Source: Octopus bimaculoides
Taxonomy: Eukaryota
NCBI RefSeq assembly: GCF_001194135.2
Contig: NC_068987.1
Location: 49,218,428 to 49,282,427, forward strand
Direction: 5' to 3'
DNA: 64,000 nt
Under the pieces are notes generated by a model. That model had not been told where the DNA came from, did no database searches, and saw only the letters and a program-made list of their open reading frames with translations. The translations under genes and the position numbers were made by a program. Below, one piece after another: positions 10,378-21,056 of this stretch (position 1 is the stretch's first letter; the number at the start of each line of letters is the position of its first letter).

Positions 10378-13347
10378 AAAAGAAGTAGTAACCAGCCATT
10401 ATAAATAGACCAGTTGCTGGTCAGCAGAGAATGTCAAGAAGGTCAAGAGTACATGCAGACTGTGTTGATAGTCGTGTCTGTGCTAATATAATAATTATAC
10501 TATGATACTGAGTGGACGTTATAATGATCCAACCTTTTGCGGATAATAACACAGTACAACTGGTGGTCGTACAGTGCTAGATAAAAACATTCTATCAACA
10601 ACTTCGGAATATAACAATATCTGTCAGAGCAACAACTGTCATCAAAAGACAGATACAACAGTGGCAAAAGACTGCTTTACAACAGTGGCGATGAAGAAAA
10701 ACCAATTTATGCAAAGAGAAAAAAAAAAACATTCACACAGAGAGTTTAAACTAATTCACGTGGAAAATTAAATACCTCAACAAAAAAGAAACAAAAATCT
10801 TGTGCAAACTTATGAAAATCATAAAATATGGAAGACTCGTTAGCTGGGATAGTTGAGTTGCAAAAACAGCAACAACAAGGACAACAACAAGTATTGCAGC
10901 AGCAAATATTACAACCGATGAAGTTGATAACCAAACCGGAGAATATGTTTTCACCTGAACATGTAGCAAATTGCAGAAGTGAATTCAATTATGACCCCAA
11001 ACAAGAAGTAACCTTCAAGGCTTACTTTCAAAGATTTCAACAAATTTTTGAAAGAGAATGTAAGGACTGGACAGACGAAATGAAAATGCATCTAGTTTGA
11101 AGAAAACTAGGAACAACGGAGTAATTTCATATTGCCAAAAAAATCATCCAACATAAATTTCATCAACACAGTTGATATTTTGTGCTAAATGTTTAGTGAA
11201 AAGAGCTCATTGTTTAATACTAGATGGAGATGTTTAAACATAGAAAAGAGTGAAAACAAAGACTTCACTACTTACACAGGCAGAGTCAACAAAGAACATG
11301 AGAGATTTAGGATAGAATGCTTACTCCAGATTCTTTCAAGTGTTTGATTTTTGCACAAGGATTAACAGATAGAAGGGATGCAGAAATCCAAATGAAAATT
11401 CTATCAAAACTGGATATGGACCAGGATTTGACAATGCAGAAACTGTCAGAAGAGTGTAACAGAATATTAAAATCAAGGCATGATATGGCAGAAATTCAAT
11501 GGAAAGAGTGTTTCCACATATGACCAGTGCAAAAATGTCAAAAGACAAATAAAGTGTTGCAAGAAAAACAGAAAAATTATCAGGATGTAGACCCATGTAT
11601 AGCATGTGGTGGGATGCACCTGAAAAAAGATTGTCCATATAAAAAAGCAAAGTGTTTTCGCTGTGGATTTACAGGACATATAAAATCACACTGCAAAACT
11701 AGAATGATAGGGAAATGGAACAAACAAGGAAAAATAAATAGTTTGTCAGCAGGAAAAGTTGTGACTATAACAAACAGAAAATTCATGAATGTGAGAATTG
11801 AAAACACTTGTGTAAGAATGCAAGTAGACACAGGAAGTGATATCACAATTATTAATGAGAAAACATAGGAACAAATGGGTAAACCAAAATTATGTAGTTC
11901 AAACAAAATAGCATACAGTGTTATGGGAAGAAAATTATATTCCATGGGCGAACGCATTTGTAATATAATGTTCAAATGGCGAACCAAAAAAGTGAATGGT
12001 TATGTGTTGAAAAATCTATGAATTTATTTGGTACCGAATGTATGGAGACATTTAATTTATGGGATACACACATAAATGCTTTGTGCAATAACGTAAATGG
12101 AGCAGTCAAATGATCGAACGACATCGATGAACTGAAACAAAAAGAAGTGATGTGGAACATCATGTGTGAACTACCAGTAACTTTGGAAGAAATAAAAAGA
12201 AATGTGAGAAATGACAAATTTATTAATGAGATGAATAGATAACTGTGGTCAACAAAAGGAAATAAAAAAAGGTCTGACGCAAAGAACCACCAAGATGTGA
12301 ACAAGTACTCTATATATGATGGGGTACTAATGTACGCTCAGAAGGTGGTCATACCACAGACATTACAGAAGAGAATGCTAAAAGAGTTTCATGTGAGATA
12401 CCCAGGCATCTCTAGAATGAAAGCACTGATGCGAAGTTTTGTATACTGGACAAGCATAGACAAGGAAGTTGAAAAGGCTGCAGAGGATGTGCACTGGCAG
12501 CAAAACTAACTACTACAAAATATGAACCTTGGCCAGAACCTTGGTCCTGATTGCATATCGATTTTGCAGGCCCACTAAATCAATATTATTACTTAATAGT
12601 AGTGGACAGCTACACAAAATGGCCTGAGGTCATTAGGTGTAAACAAGCAACCTCATATACAGTAATAAACTTCTTACACAAGCTGTTTGCAAAATTTAGT
12701 GTACCAGATATAATTGTCTCTGATAACGGAACACAGTTTGTATCCTGTGAGTTTAAAAGATTCTGTGAGATTTTCACATTAGAACATAAAACTATATAGC
12801 ACCATATCACCCTATATCAAATGGAAGGGCTGAACAGTTCATGAACACTTTTAAGAGAGCTTTAAAGAAAGTTAATAAGGAAGCTACAGACAAGGTTGAA
12901 ATTCAACAATTCTTAAGTGTATACAGGGTAACTCTGAATCCAAATGTGCCAGAAGGAAGTTCACCAGCAGAATTAATGTATGCCAGAAAGGTGAAGTCAG
13001 TATTCGATAAACTGTTACCGGTGAAGAAGAAAATATGTACTAGTAAAGACATGCTAAAATTCTTTAGAATAGGTGATAAGGTATATGTAAGAATGTAGAA
13101 AAATGGCAAGCAAGAAATTGTAACATACATAGGAAGAATGATATATGGTGTAAGAAACAGAAATGGAATGGAAAGGAGACATAGAAATCAGCTTAAGGAA
13201 AGAGTCATAGAAAAGGAACCAACAAGAGTAGAAATACTTATAGATTGGCTATATGACACTTTTCAGGTACCAACACCATTACAAGAAGTCAAAACCACAC
13301 GTACAAGAAAAAGGTAGAACACTGAATTCCTATAAGTACACCCTAAG

Positions 13348-13378
<31 letters not shown>

Positions 13379-13520
13379 GAGGTAGGGTGAATAAAAGAAA
13401 TTAATTGTTAATAAAAAAATTAAAAGGGGAGATGTTGTATAGTAAAACTGTACACCTCTCCCAGTAACAAGTGGTAGTAACCAGCCATTATAAATAGACC
13501 AGTAGCCAGTCGACAGAGAG
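10378..13520 (+). mobile_element. Decayed Ty3/Gypsy (Mag/K02A2.6-like) LTR retrotransposon lacking RT and RNase H
   Basis: Gag (FNYDPKQEVTFKAYFQRF), two CCHC knuckles, protease VDTGSDITII, integrase HIDFAGP...VDSYTKWPE...SDNGTQF. PBS-like GTGGCGATGAAG at 10685-10696, PPT AAAAGGGGAGA at 13422-13432 followed by TGTTGTA. The LTR segment GTAGTAACCAGCCATTATAAATAGACCAGT occurs at both ends. Confidence 0.9.
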
Positions 13521-13789
13521 AAGGTTTGATACTGGTGATACATTTCCATCTTCAGTCTCTAGCTCCTTACTAACTTTGTAGACGAAAGATCTGATAACTT
13601 TTAAAAATTGAGATATTTCTAAATTGCTATACTCAGCCTTTATAACTATAATAACAACATGCCTCTTCATTTCTTGTGTAAGCTGAGGGTCTGCCATTAT
13701 TATTTTCTGAAACAAAGATTATACAGAGTTAGCAAAAAATGCAACAATGACCCAAAAATGTTAAGTCCTCAAATACCTTATGCACTCTG
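13518..13789 (-). mobile_element. Tc1-like DNA transposon 5' fragment
   Basis: Terminus TA|CAGAGTGCAT at 13789. ORF from 13697 reads MADPQLTQEMKRHVVIIVIKAEYSNLEISQFLKVIRSFVYKVSKEL, an HTH-type N-terminus; truncated. Confidence 0.6.
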
Positions 13790-13799
13790 TATATATATA

Positions 13800-14445
13800 G
13801 AAGAGGTTGGCCCAGGAAGGCATGGGACAAGGTGGTGAAGCATGATCTTCAAATGTTGGGCCTCATGGGGGAATTGACTAGTGACTGAGACTTTTGATGA
13901 TATGCTGTGCTTGAAAAGACTTGTCAAGCCAAGTGAAATCATAGTCGTGGCCATTGCTAGTGTCATGTAAATGGCACTGATGAAATCGTAACCATGGTCA
14001 TTGCCAGTAGCATGATCTTTGAATGTTGGGTCTCACAGAGGTGGTGAAGCATGATCTTTGAATGTTGAACTCAAGGAGGTGGTGAAGAATGATCTTTGAA
14101 TGTTGGCCTCAAGGAGGAGATGACAAGTGACCAAGACCTTCGCAATATTCTGTGCTTGAGAAGACTCGCCAAGCCAAATGAAACCATAGTCATGGCTGTT
14201 ACCAGGGTTATCCAAATGGCACCCATGTAATCATAGTCATAGCCATTGTTGGTGTCATATAAATGGCACCCGTACAGGTGGCATATAAAGAGCACCCATT
14301 ATACCCTTGGAGTAGCTGGCATTAGGAAGGGCATCCAGCTGTAGAAACCACGCCAAATGCAACTGGAACCTGCTGCAGCTCTCCGGCTTATCAGTTCCAG
14401 TCAAACAGCATGGAAGTAGATGTTAAATGATGCTGATGATGATGA
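13800..14445 (+). mobile_element. RTE LINE 3' UTR / tail element with modular internal repeats
   Basis: Same modules as 42060-42590 (GAAGCATGATCTTTGAATGTTGG...; TGGCATTAGGAAGGGCATCCAGCTGTAGAAAC); (GAT)n tail. Confidence 0.75.
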
Positions 14446-14499
14446 TGATATGCATATATATCATCATCATCATCATCATCATCATCATCTTCATCGTCA

Positions 14500-14790
14500 T
14501 CATCATCATCATCGTTTAACATCCGCTTTCCATGCTGGCATGGGTTGGACGGTTTGACTGAGGACTGGCAAGCTAGAAGGCTCCAATCTGATCTGGTAAA
14601 GTTTCTACAGCTGGATGCCCTTCCTAATGCCAACCACTCCGAGAGTGCAGTGGGTGCTTTTACATGCCAGCAGCACGAGGGCCAGTTAGGTGGTACTAGC
14701 AACAACCACGCACAGAAGGTGTCTTTTATGTGCCACCTGCACGGGAGCAAGTCCGGTGGCACTGGCAATGACCACGCTGGAATGTTGTTT
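14500..14790 (-). mobile_element. RTE-tail-related SINE/LINE 3' end (family E)
   Basis: (CAT)n then GTTTAACATCCGCTTTCCATGCTGGCATGGGTTGGACGG...GTTTCTACAGCTGGATGCCCTTCCTAATGCCAACC. Further copies near 34385, 34800, 40670, 49040 and 57235. Confidence 0.8.
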
Positions 14791-15493
14791 TTCACAATGT
14801 ATATATTTATATATATGTATACATATANNNNNNNNNNNNNNNNNNNNNNNNNNNNNNNNNNNNNNNNNNNNNNNNNNNNNNNNNNNNNNNNNNNNNNNNN
14901 NNNNNNNNNNNNNNNNNNNNNNNNNNNNNNNNNNNNNNNNNNNNNNNNNNNNNNNNNNNNNNNNNNNNNNNNNNNNNNNNNNNNNNNNNNNNNNNNNNNN
15001 NNNNNNNNNNNNNNNNNNNNNNNNNNNNNNNNNNNNNNNNNNNNNNNNNNNNNNNNNNNNNNNNNNNNNNNNNNNNNNNNNNNNNNNNNNNNNNNNNNNN
15101 NNNNNNNNNNNNNNNNNNNNNNNNNNNNNNNNNNNNNNNNNNNNNNNNNNNNNNNNNNNNNNNNNNNNNNNNNNNNNNNNNNNNNNNNNNNNNNNNNNNN
15201 NNNNNNNNNNNNNNNNNNNNNNNNNNNNNNNNNNNNNNNNNNNNNNNNNNNNNNNNNNNNNNNNNNNNNNNNNNNNNNNNNNNNNNNNNNNNNNNNNNNN
15301 NNNNNNNNNNNNNNNNNNNNNNNNNNNNNNNNNNNNNNNNNNNNNNNNNNNNNNNNNNNNNNNNNNNNNNNNNNNNNNATATATATATGTATATATATAT
15401 ATATTTATATATATATATATATATCGATCATTGGTAAAACATAAATCTGAAAAAGAAGCACATTCTAAGTTATAGAGCAGTATATAATATAGT

Positions 15494-15754
15494 TAAAGTT
15501 AGATAAGGTTGGTTTCTGGGATTACCCTGGGTTTCACATCCATAAAGTGCTTAGCCTTATGGCATATCATCAGTTCTCAAAACCTGATGGCTTAAGGCCT
15601 CTCTAGCGAGTGTGGCTTCCATATTCCAGAGAGGCCACACATTAGAGAGGTCTTAAGTCAACAGGTTTTGGGATCTGAAGATATGCCATAAAGCTAAATG
15701 CTTTATGGACATGAAACCCAGGGTAATCCCATAAACCGGCCTTATCTAACTTTA
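15494..15754. mobile_element. Fold-back MITE, TA-flanked, almost fully self-complementary
   Basis: TAAAGTTAGATAAGGTTGGTTTCTGGGATTACCCTGGGTTTCAC... pairs with ...GAAACCCAGGGTAATCCCATAAACCGGCCTTATCTAACTTTA over ~110-bp arms. Confidence 0.85.
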
Positions 15755-15759
15755 TATAT

Positions 15760-15796
<37 letters not shown>

Positions 15797-16189
15797 CATT
15801 TGTATATATCTATATGTGTGTGTTTATGTCTGTATTTGTCCCACCACTGCTTGACAACCAATGTTGACGTGTTTACATCCCTGTAACTATTAATTTGGCA
15901 AAAGAGACTGATTGAATAAGCACTAGGCTTTAAAAAAATATATAAGTCCTGAGGTCAATTTATTTGAATAAAACTCTTCAAGGCAGTGCTCCACCATGGC
16001 CACAGTCAAATGATTGAAACAAGTAAAAGATAAAAGATGAAAGATATGTATGCCAAATTTTATGATATTACCCAAGGTTTCAAGTTACCTTTCATATGAC
16101 AGGTAACATTCTAGTTTCTTATAACTTACACTATATAAGAATATTTTTACTTTTTATTTTTTTTTTTAGTTTTGTCTTTGGCCAGTAAG

Positions 16190-16625
16190 TGTTATTTCCT
16201 ATTTGCTTCTATTTAGAAATCAAAGGAAATGACTACTATTCCCTTCAACTTTTGCTTTTGTGACCTGGACATCAATGTTTTAAAACTGACCTATTTTCTA
16301 TTACATTTCAGACAGATTGAGCACTGAGTTGCTGAAGCAGAAATATCATTATAACAAATATTCTGCTCAATAGCACAGATTTGCTTGACCTTAACCACCT
16401 GAGCATGTTCCTTTGTGGCTGACAATATGTGCACCTCTGATCATGAGCAGGAGTAATGGGGAACATCATAGCCATGAGTTGAGTGGGATTCTTTGGGGTC
16501 TGAATAACGTAACAAATGCAAAGTTTGAAGGAAATATTAACCATTTTTTATATTTTCTTGGGGTAAGCAAATAGGAGATAACTGTTGCTATCCAAGGACA
16601 AAAATCGTGTTACACAGTGTTATTA
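16190..16625. mobile_element. MITE with imperfect ~70-bp TIRs containing AGGARATAAC; inverted homolog at ~38570-39030
   Basis: GTTATTTCCTATTTGC...TTCAACTTTTGCTTTTGT versus ACAAATGCAAAGTTTGAAGG...GCAAATAGGAGATAAC; the internal sequence matches the reverse complement of 38680-39000. Confidence 0.7.
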
Positions 16626-17541
16626 AGTGTTTTAAATGTTTGTGCCAATGTTACAATAGATAAAGCAGCCAGATTGATTCAGTCAAACTTTGCTACTCAC
16701 TGAAAAATTTATAATTTTAATCAATGATAAAAAAATATTATTTCAAAAACCAATTACACATTTCAGTTGAAATCGGTTCAGTTAGAAAAGAAAAGATTGG
16801 ATATCTTGAAATGACTTTTTTCCATTGTCAATAGTTAAGTGTTGAAATTATTGGTAAGTTGCAGGCAGAATTCTCTAGAAATCATTTAATGGAAACTGTA
16901 CAGAAAAAGAATTAAATTGATAATCTCAAAGCATGTGAATCCCACTGTCTCAACTACTAGATTATTTGGAGACAGTAGGATTAATAGTATTTCTAATAAA
17001 CTGAGAAATTGTCGTTGTCATTCAATCTTACTAGGGTAGAGTTTCGAAGTAGCTATTTCTTATGACTTGATATATTCTTTTCTTTTTCAAGCCGTAATTA
17101 TTCTTATTCGTCATGCACTTAAAATTACAATTCTAGAAAACTTTATTTTCAGAATTAAATATATTTTTTCAAATTACTGAACCCCACTAGCTTTTTCTTT
17201 TCCATTATTTTTTTTTTTGTCTTTTTGCATATTCTTGCTTGTCATACATTGGAAAAAAATTTCATGTTTTGTACATAAATTTTTTCCCTTGAATTAATTA
17301 AATTTTCTACTACATTTACAAAATTGTTACTCTGAATAATGTTTTTAACAAAATAATGTAGAGGGATAAGTGATACGAAACCCAAGACTGTAGGGGCCGG
17401 AAAAAAGTTTATCAGGAACATCATTAAATCAATGAAAATCTAGTTGTTTGTTTGAATTCAAGAGGGATAACTCTTAAACCGGTGTCGTGGGGAAAAAACT
17501 ATCAAAATTTGAGATTTCCTTGAAAAATAAAGCAAATCTTC

Positions 17542-17548
17542 TATAAAA
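17542..17548 (+). promoter_or_regulatory. Candidate TATA box upstream of the small ORF
   Basis: TATAAAA lies 81-87 nt upstream of the AAAATG start at 17629. Confidence 0.35.
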
Positions 17549-17628
17549 TGCTCCTAACAAATATTTTAAGAATGGAAGGAAGGGAGATCAAAGGATCAGG
17601 GGACAGAGGATTTTTGAAAGGAACGAAA

Positions 17629-17856
17629 ATGTTCCGCGTTCGGAAAATTTTTGTATTTGGAACCCTATTATATACAATAGGTTTAACAGCGGTATTCTTG
17701 AGCATGGACATTTACAAGAAAATGTCTAACAAAATCGATGAAGTGGATCATTATTTTCAAACCGAACGGATAAAAAGATATGAAGAAATACTAGAAAAAA
17801 GAGTAGAACGTAGTAAGAAGTATGCAAAATTGCTTGAAGAGGACAAGTTGCAATGA
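17629..17856 (+). CDS. Single-exon 75-aa microprotein: basic N-terminus, one TM helix, charged helical tail (unassigned; resembles small mitochondrial membrane proteins)
   Basis: MFRVRKIFVFGTLLYTIGLTAVFLSMDIYKKMSNKIDEVDHYFQTERIKRYEEILEKRVERSKKYAKLLEEDKLQ*. AAAATG context, no repeat similarity, AATAAA at 18029-18034 followed by U-rich sequence. The frame is also open from ATG 17548. Confidence 0.65.
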   Translation: MFRVRKIFVFGTLLYTIGLTAVFLSMDIYKKMSNKIDEVDHYFQTERIKRYEEILEKRVERSKKYAKLLEEDKLQ

Positions 17857-18028
17857 AGTTTATTATTCGGTCAGCCGGTTGTTGTATAAATGACTCGAGA
17901 CAATGTAACTTTACAAACTCTTGTTCTTCAAAGAATATTACGTAAAACATTTTAGAATTTTGTTTGTATTTCTTTATGAGAATGCACTCATCTGGACCCT
18001 TAACTGAAATTAGCAAGTATGTTTTGTG

Positions 18029-18034
18029 AATAAA
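18029..18034 (+). terminator. Candidate poly(A) signal of the small gene
   Basis: AATAAA ~170 nt after the stop, followed by CTTTGGTTTT. Confidence 0.45.
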
Positions 18035-20381
18035 AGTTATTCACACTTTGGTTTTATTTAATCTTATTTCTGCTAAAAAAGAAAAAGAATCCTAAAGACT
18101 GACTTGCTGTAAACATTGTCAAACAAAATGGTGTTTACAATCATTTGAAATTTAGACCACAAAGTGTCATCTACTAAATTACAATATCATCAACTTGCAA
18201 AATATTCCCGTAACTTTGTTGAATCAATGTGGAAACTTCATTCAGTTTGAGAAGTTAAACGTAACCTGTTACATATAATTCTTGAAAAGCGAAAGCGAAT
18301 TTAACTTTAATGAATTTAATTGGAAATGACAATTTTATTTTGATAAAAAATATAAGAAAATAGACAAAATATTCTTAGTTTTGTTTTTGATTGGTTTTAA
18401 AATGTGAGAGTAAGGGTTCCTGTCTCGTGGCCAGCAGACAGCATTTTGCATTTGTTTTTATGTATTTGTTGTTTTATAAGACGGAGGGTGTGATTTGAGA
18501 AAAATTTGGTTGCTTCTACTAGCAGAACACGCTATTTCTAATGAAGCTTGTTTTTAAAACACATGGAAAATATATATTTGTAAATTACATGTTTGCATTA
18601 CTTCTGTGAATATGAGAACCGCGAGTAGAGAGTCCCTGTGTCCAGTAATCTTGAACTTTTGGTTTCACAATCGAAATTCTGGTTATCAAATTTCTGATTA
18701 AATGTAAAGTATTTATATTGTCGATAAATTATCATCTCAGCAATTGTTAATTTAATTACGTAAAATTTTCTCAATGATTCGGTCTTTTTTTTATTGGTGA
18801 CCTTGAAGTCAGGCAATCTTTCGGTCTCTGTCAACAAAGAATGTTTATATTTTGTACTGAATAACGTTATGTGTAAGACCGGCTAATCAAGATGAATATT
18901 GTTTGCAATTTACAAAGGAAATAATTTTTTTTTTTTGCATATTCGTAATCTACATCTAAAACGTAGGGATTTTAATTTTTTTTTTTTTTAATGCATTTTT
19001 CAAGGAGAGGTGCGAAACTGCATTAGCCCCAAAAGCGCTTTTCTCATAAATTAGTTTAGACATTCTCTAATAACCATACATATACTAGGCTTAAGAAATA
19101 AGTCCTTGGGTTGATTTGTTTGACTAAAACCCTTCAAAGCAGTACACCAGCATGGCCACAGTCAAATGACTGAAACAAGTAAAAGAGTAACCTTTCAAAC
19201 ACTATATCAGCTAAGCAAATGACCCTCTCTAAATCACTGTAACATATTTAGAAAATTACCTCTGTTTCCTTTGACCATATAAATAACCTTAAACCATATA
19301 AATAAATTTAGACAGGCAAAATGAGTAAGACAAGATAAGGTAAATTTTCCTCATAAGTTTTCCAGAATTACATTTCAAAAAAGACTCATACACATCAATA
19401 TCCATTCTTAGACATCAGAAAAGCCAAAAAATATTTAAATATATAAGGCAAATGGAAAATGGCACATAATATGAAATTGACGAATCTTGACTAAATTTGA
19501 AACCTCAACATAAAATATTCTCTATAGCTTCTTCATAATCTGCTGGAGTGGCTCTCTTCCTGATACATTTACATGCCATGCGGTTAAAGAGAAGAAATCG
19601 TTGAAATTAGTCATTATTCATTTTACATCATTTTTTGAAAATCAAATTAGATATTAGTGTGGGAAAAATTGACTCGGAATCCAACAGAGAAAAGGATATT
19701 TATTGTTAAACACAAAAATTGTCCAAATGTTTTATTAGCAATCCCAATTACAAATTAGTCAAAGTTGAAAAATTTCTTGTAAAAAGAAGACATGCCACTT
19801 GTCTATGATTTGGGCTCTCTCAACTTCAACAACGACTATACCGACCAATTTTTACTCCCAAAGATGATGCAAAAATACAAAACGATGATGCAGTATTTGC
19901 AATGTAATGGTTTTAAACAGGTAAAGACAAAATTTGAAGAAATCAGAAATTACTCATTTTGTCCCAGTTACCTGTTTGTCCCACCCAGCAAATCCTGTTG
20001 CATCATTATCATCAACGTTATTTAATGTCCAGATTCAATCCTGGCGTAGGTTGGATGATTTGATATCTGACAAGTCGGAGGACTGCCTCATGCACTTGTG
20101 TCTTCATCGGCATGGTTTCTATGGCTGGATGATCTTAATGACAACCACTTTACATATGTGTATGTGTACATCTGCAAATATTGTGATATTTACATTTGTA
20201 AAAAGACGATACTCAGTATTTAAACTTTGCCATTCAATAAAAGGAAGTCGACAATTTAAGTAACAGATTATAAATGTCTAAAATTCTACTAGCGTGGCGG
20301 TTGTCCAATGCTTGAAATCATTCCAAAAATAAAAAGAATATATACTTAAGCAAAATCCACGTAATTACTGACAGGAGACAT

Positions 20382-20410
20382 GGGCGGTAACTCTATTAGA
20401 GTTACTTCCC
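20382..20410. promoter_or_regulatory. Palindromic motif pair GGGnnGTAACTCT-ATT-AGAGTTACnnCCC
   Basis: Perfect 8-bp inverted repeat with a 3-nt spacer plus outer GGG/CCC; a related half-site GAGGGATAACTCT lies at 17462-17474. Confidence 0.4.
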
Positions 20411-21025
20411 TTGTGAACCGTTTCTTTTTATTTATTTTTTTCATTGTAATCAATATTATACTATTATTAAATAGTACCTTGTTCTTTTATGATTTTTGGA
20501 TATAATGAAACACTTTATTTCGTAATTATTTTAAATCACTTTATTGGAAAATAAAGTAACTGACTTTGCAGCAGATTCGTCCATTATTTAAATCTTCAGG
20601 GCAGTTAGTTTGTAGAGACAAACATCATCAGCATCATTGTTTTAGCCCCCACTTTTCCATGCTTGCATAGGCTGGACGCAGTTTTATTGAGGCGGATCTT
20701 CTACGGCCAGATGCCTTTCCAGTTGCTAACTCTTTTCTGTTTCCAAACTTAATAATGTTTCCTGTGGGCTAGAATGTTTCCATAGAATATTAGAAACGAA
20801 TGACATTCATTTAAAACGATCATGCAATGTTCCAATGACAGGCCTGTCACCAGACTTTGGTGCCTGGGGGTGCTTCAGAATATTCTGGATGGACACGAAT
20901 TTGTATTGCAGGAAAATTTTTGTAAACTGTATTTTCTAAATCTGAGGGTGCACCATTGAATAGAGAGGGAGCAGTGCCATCCAGTGCATCCCCTTAGCGA
21001 CAGGCATGCTGGATGAGGAGCACAA

Positions 21026-21056
<31 letters not shown>

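Noticed and set aside
13833-14115. Regularly recurring ~37-bp repeats resembling a CRISPR array
   Set aside because: Eukaryotic context, no unique spacers of uniform length, and the same modules occur in the LINE 3' UTR at 42060-42300.
14545-15475. Long ORFs containing X runs (also near 35274, 36927, 48428, 51805, 57735)
   Set aside because: They are open only because they cross N gaps.
17726-18016. 96-aa minus ORF overlapping the microprotein gene
   Set aside because: Largely the antisense shadow of the plus ORF and its UTR; non-ATG start, no recognisable features.
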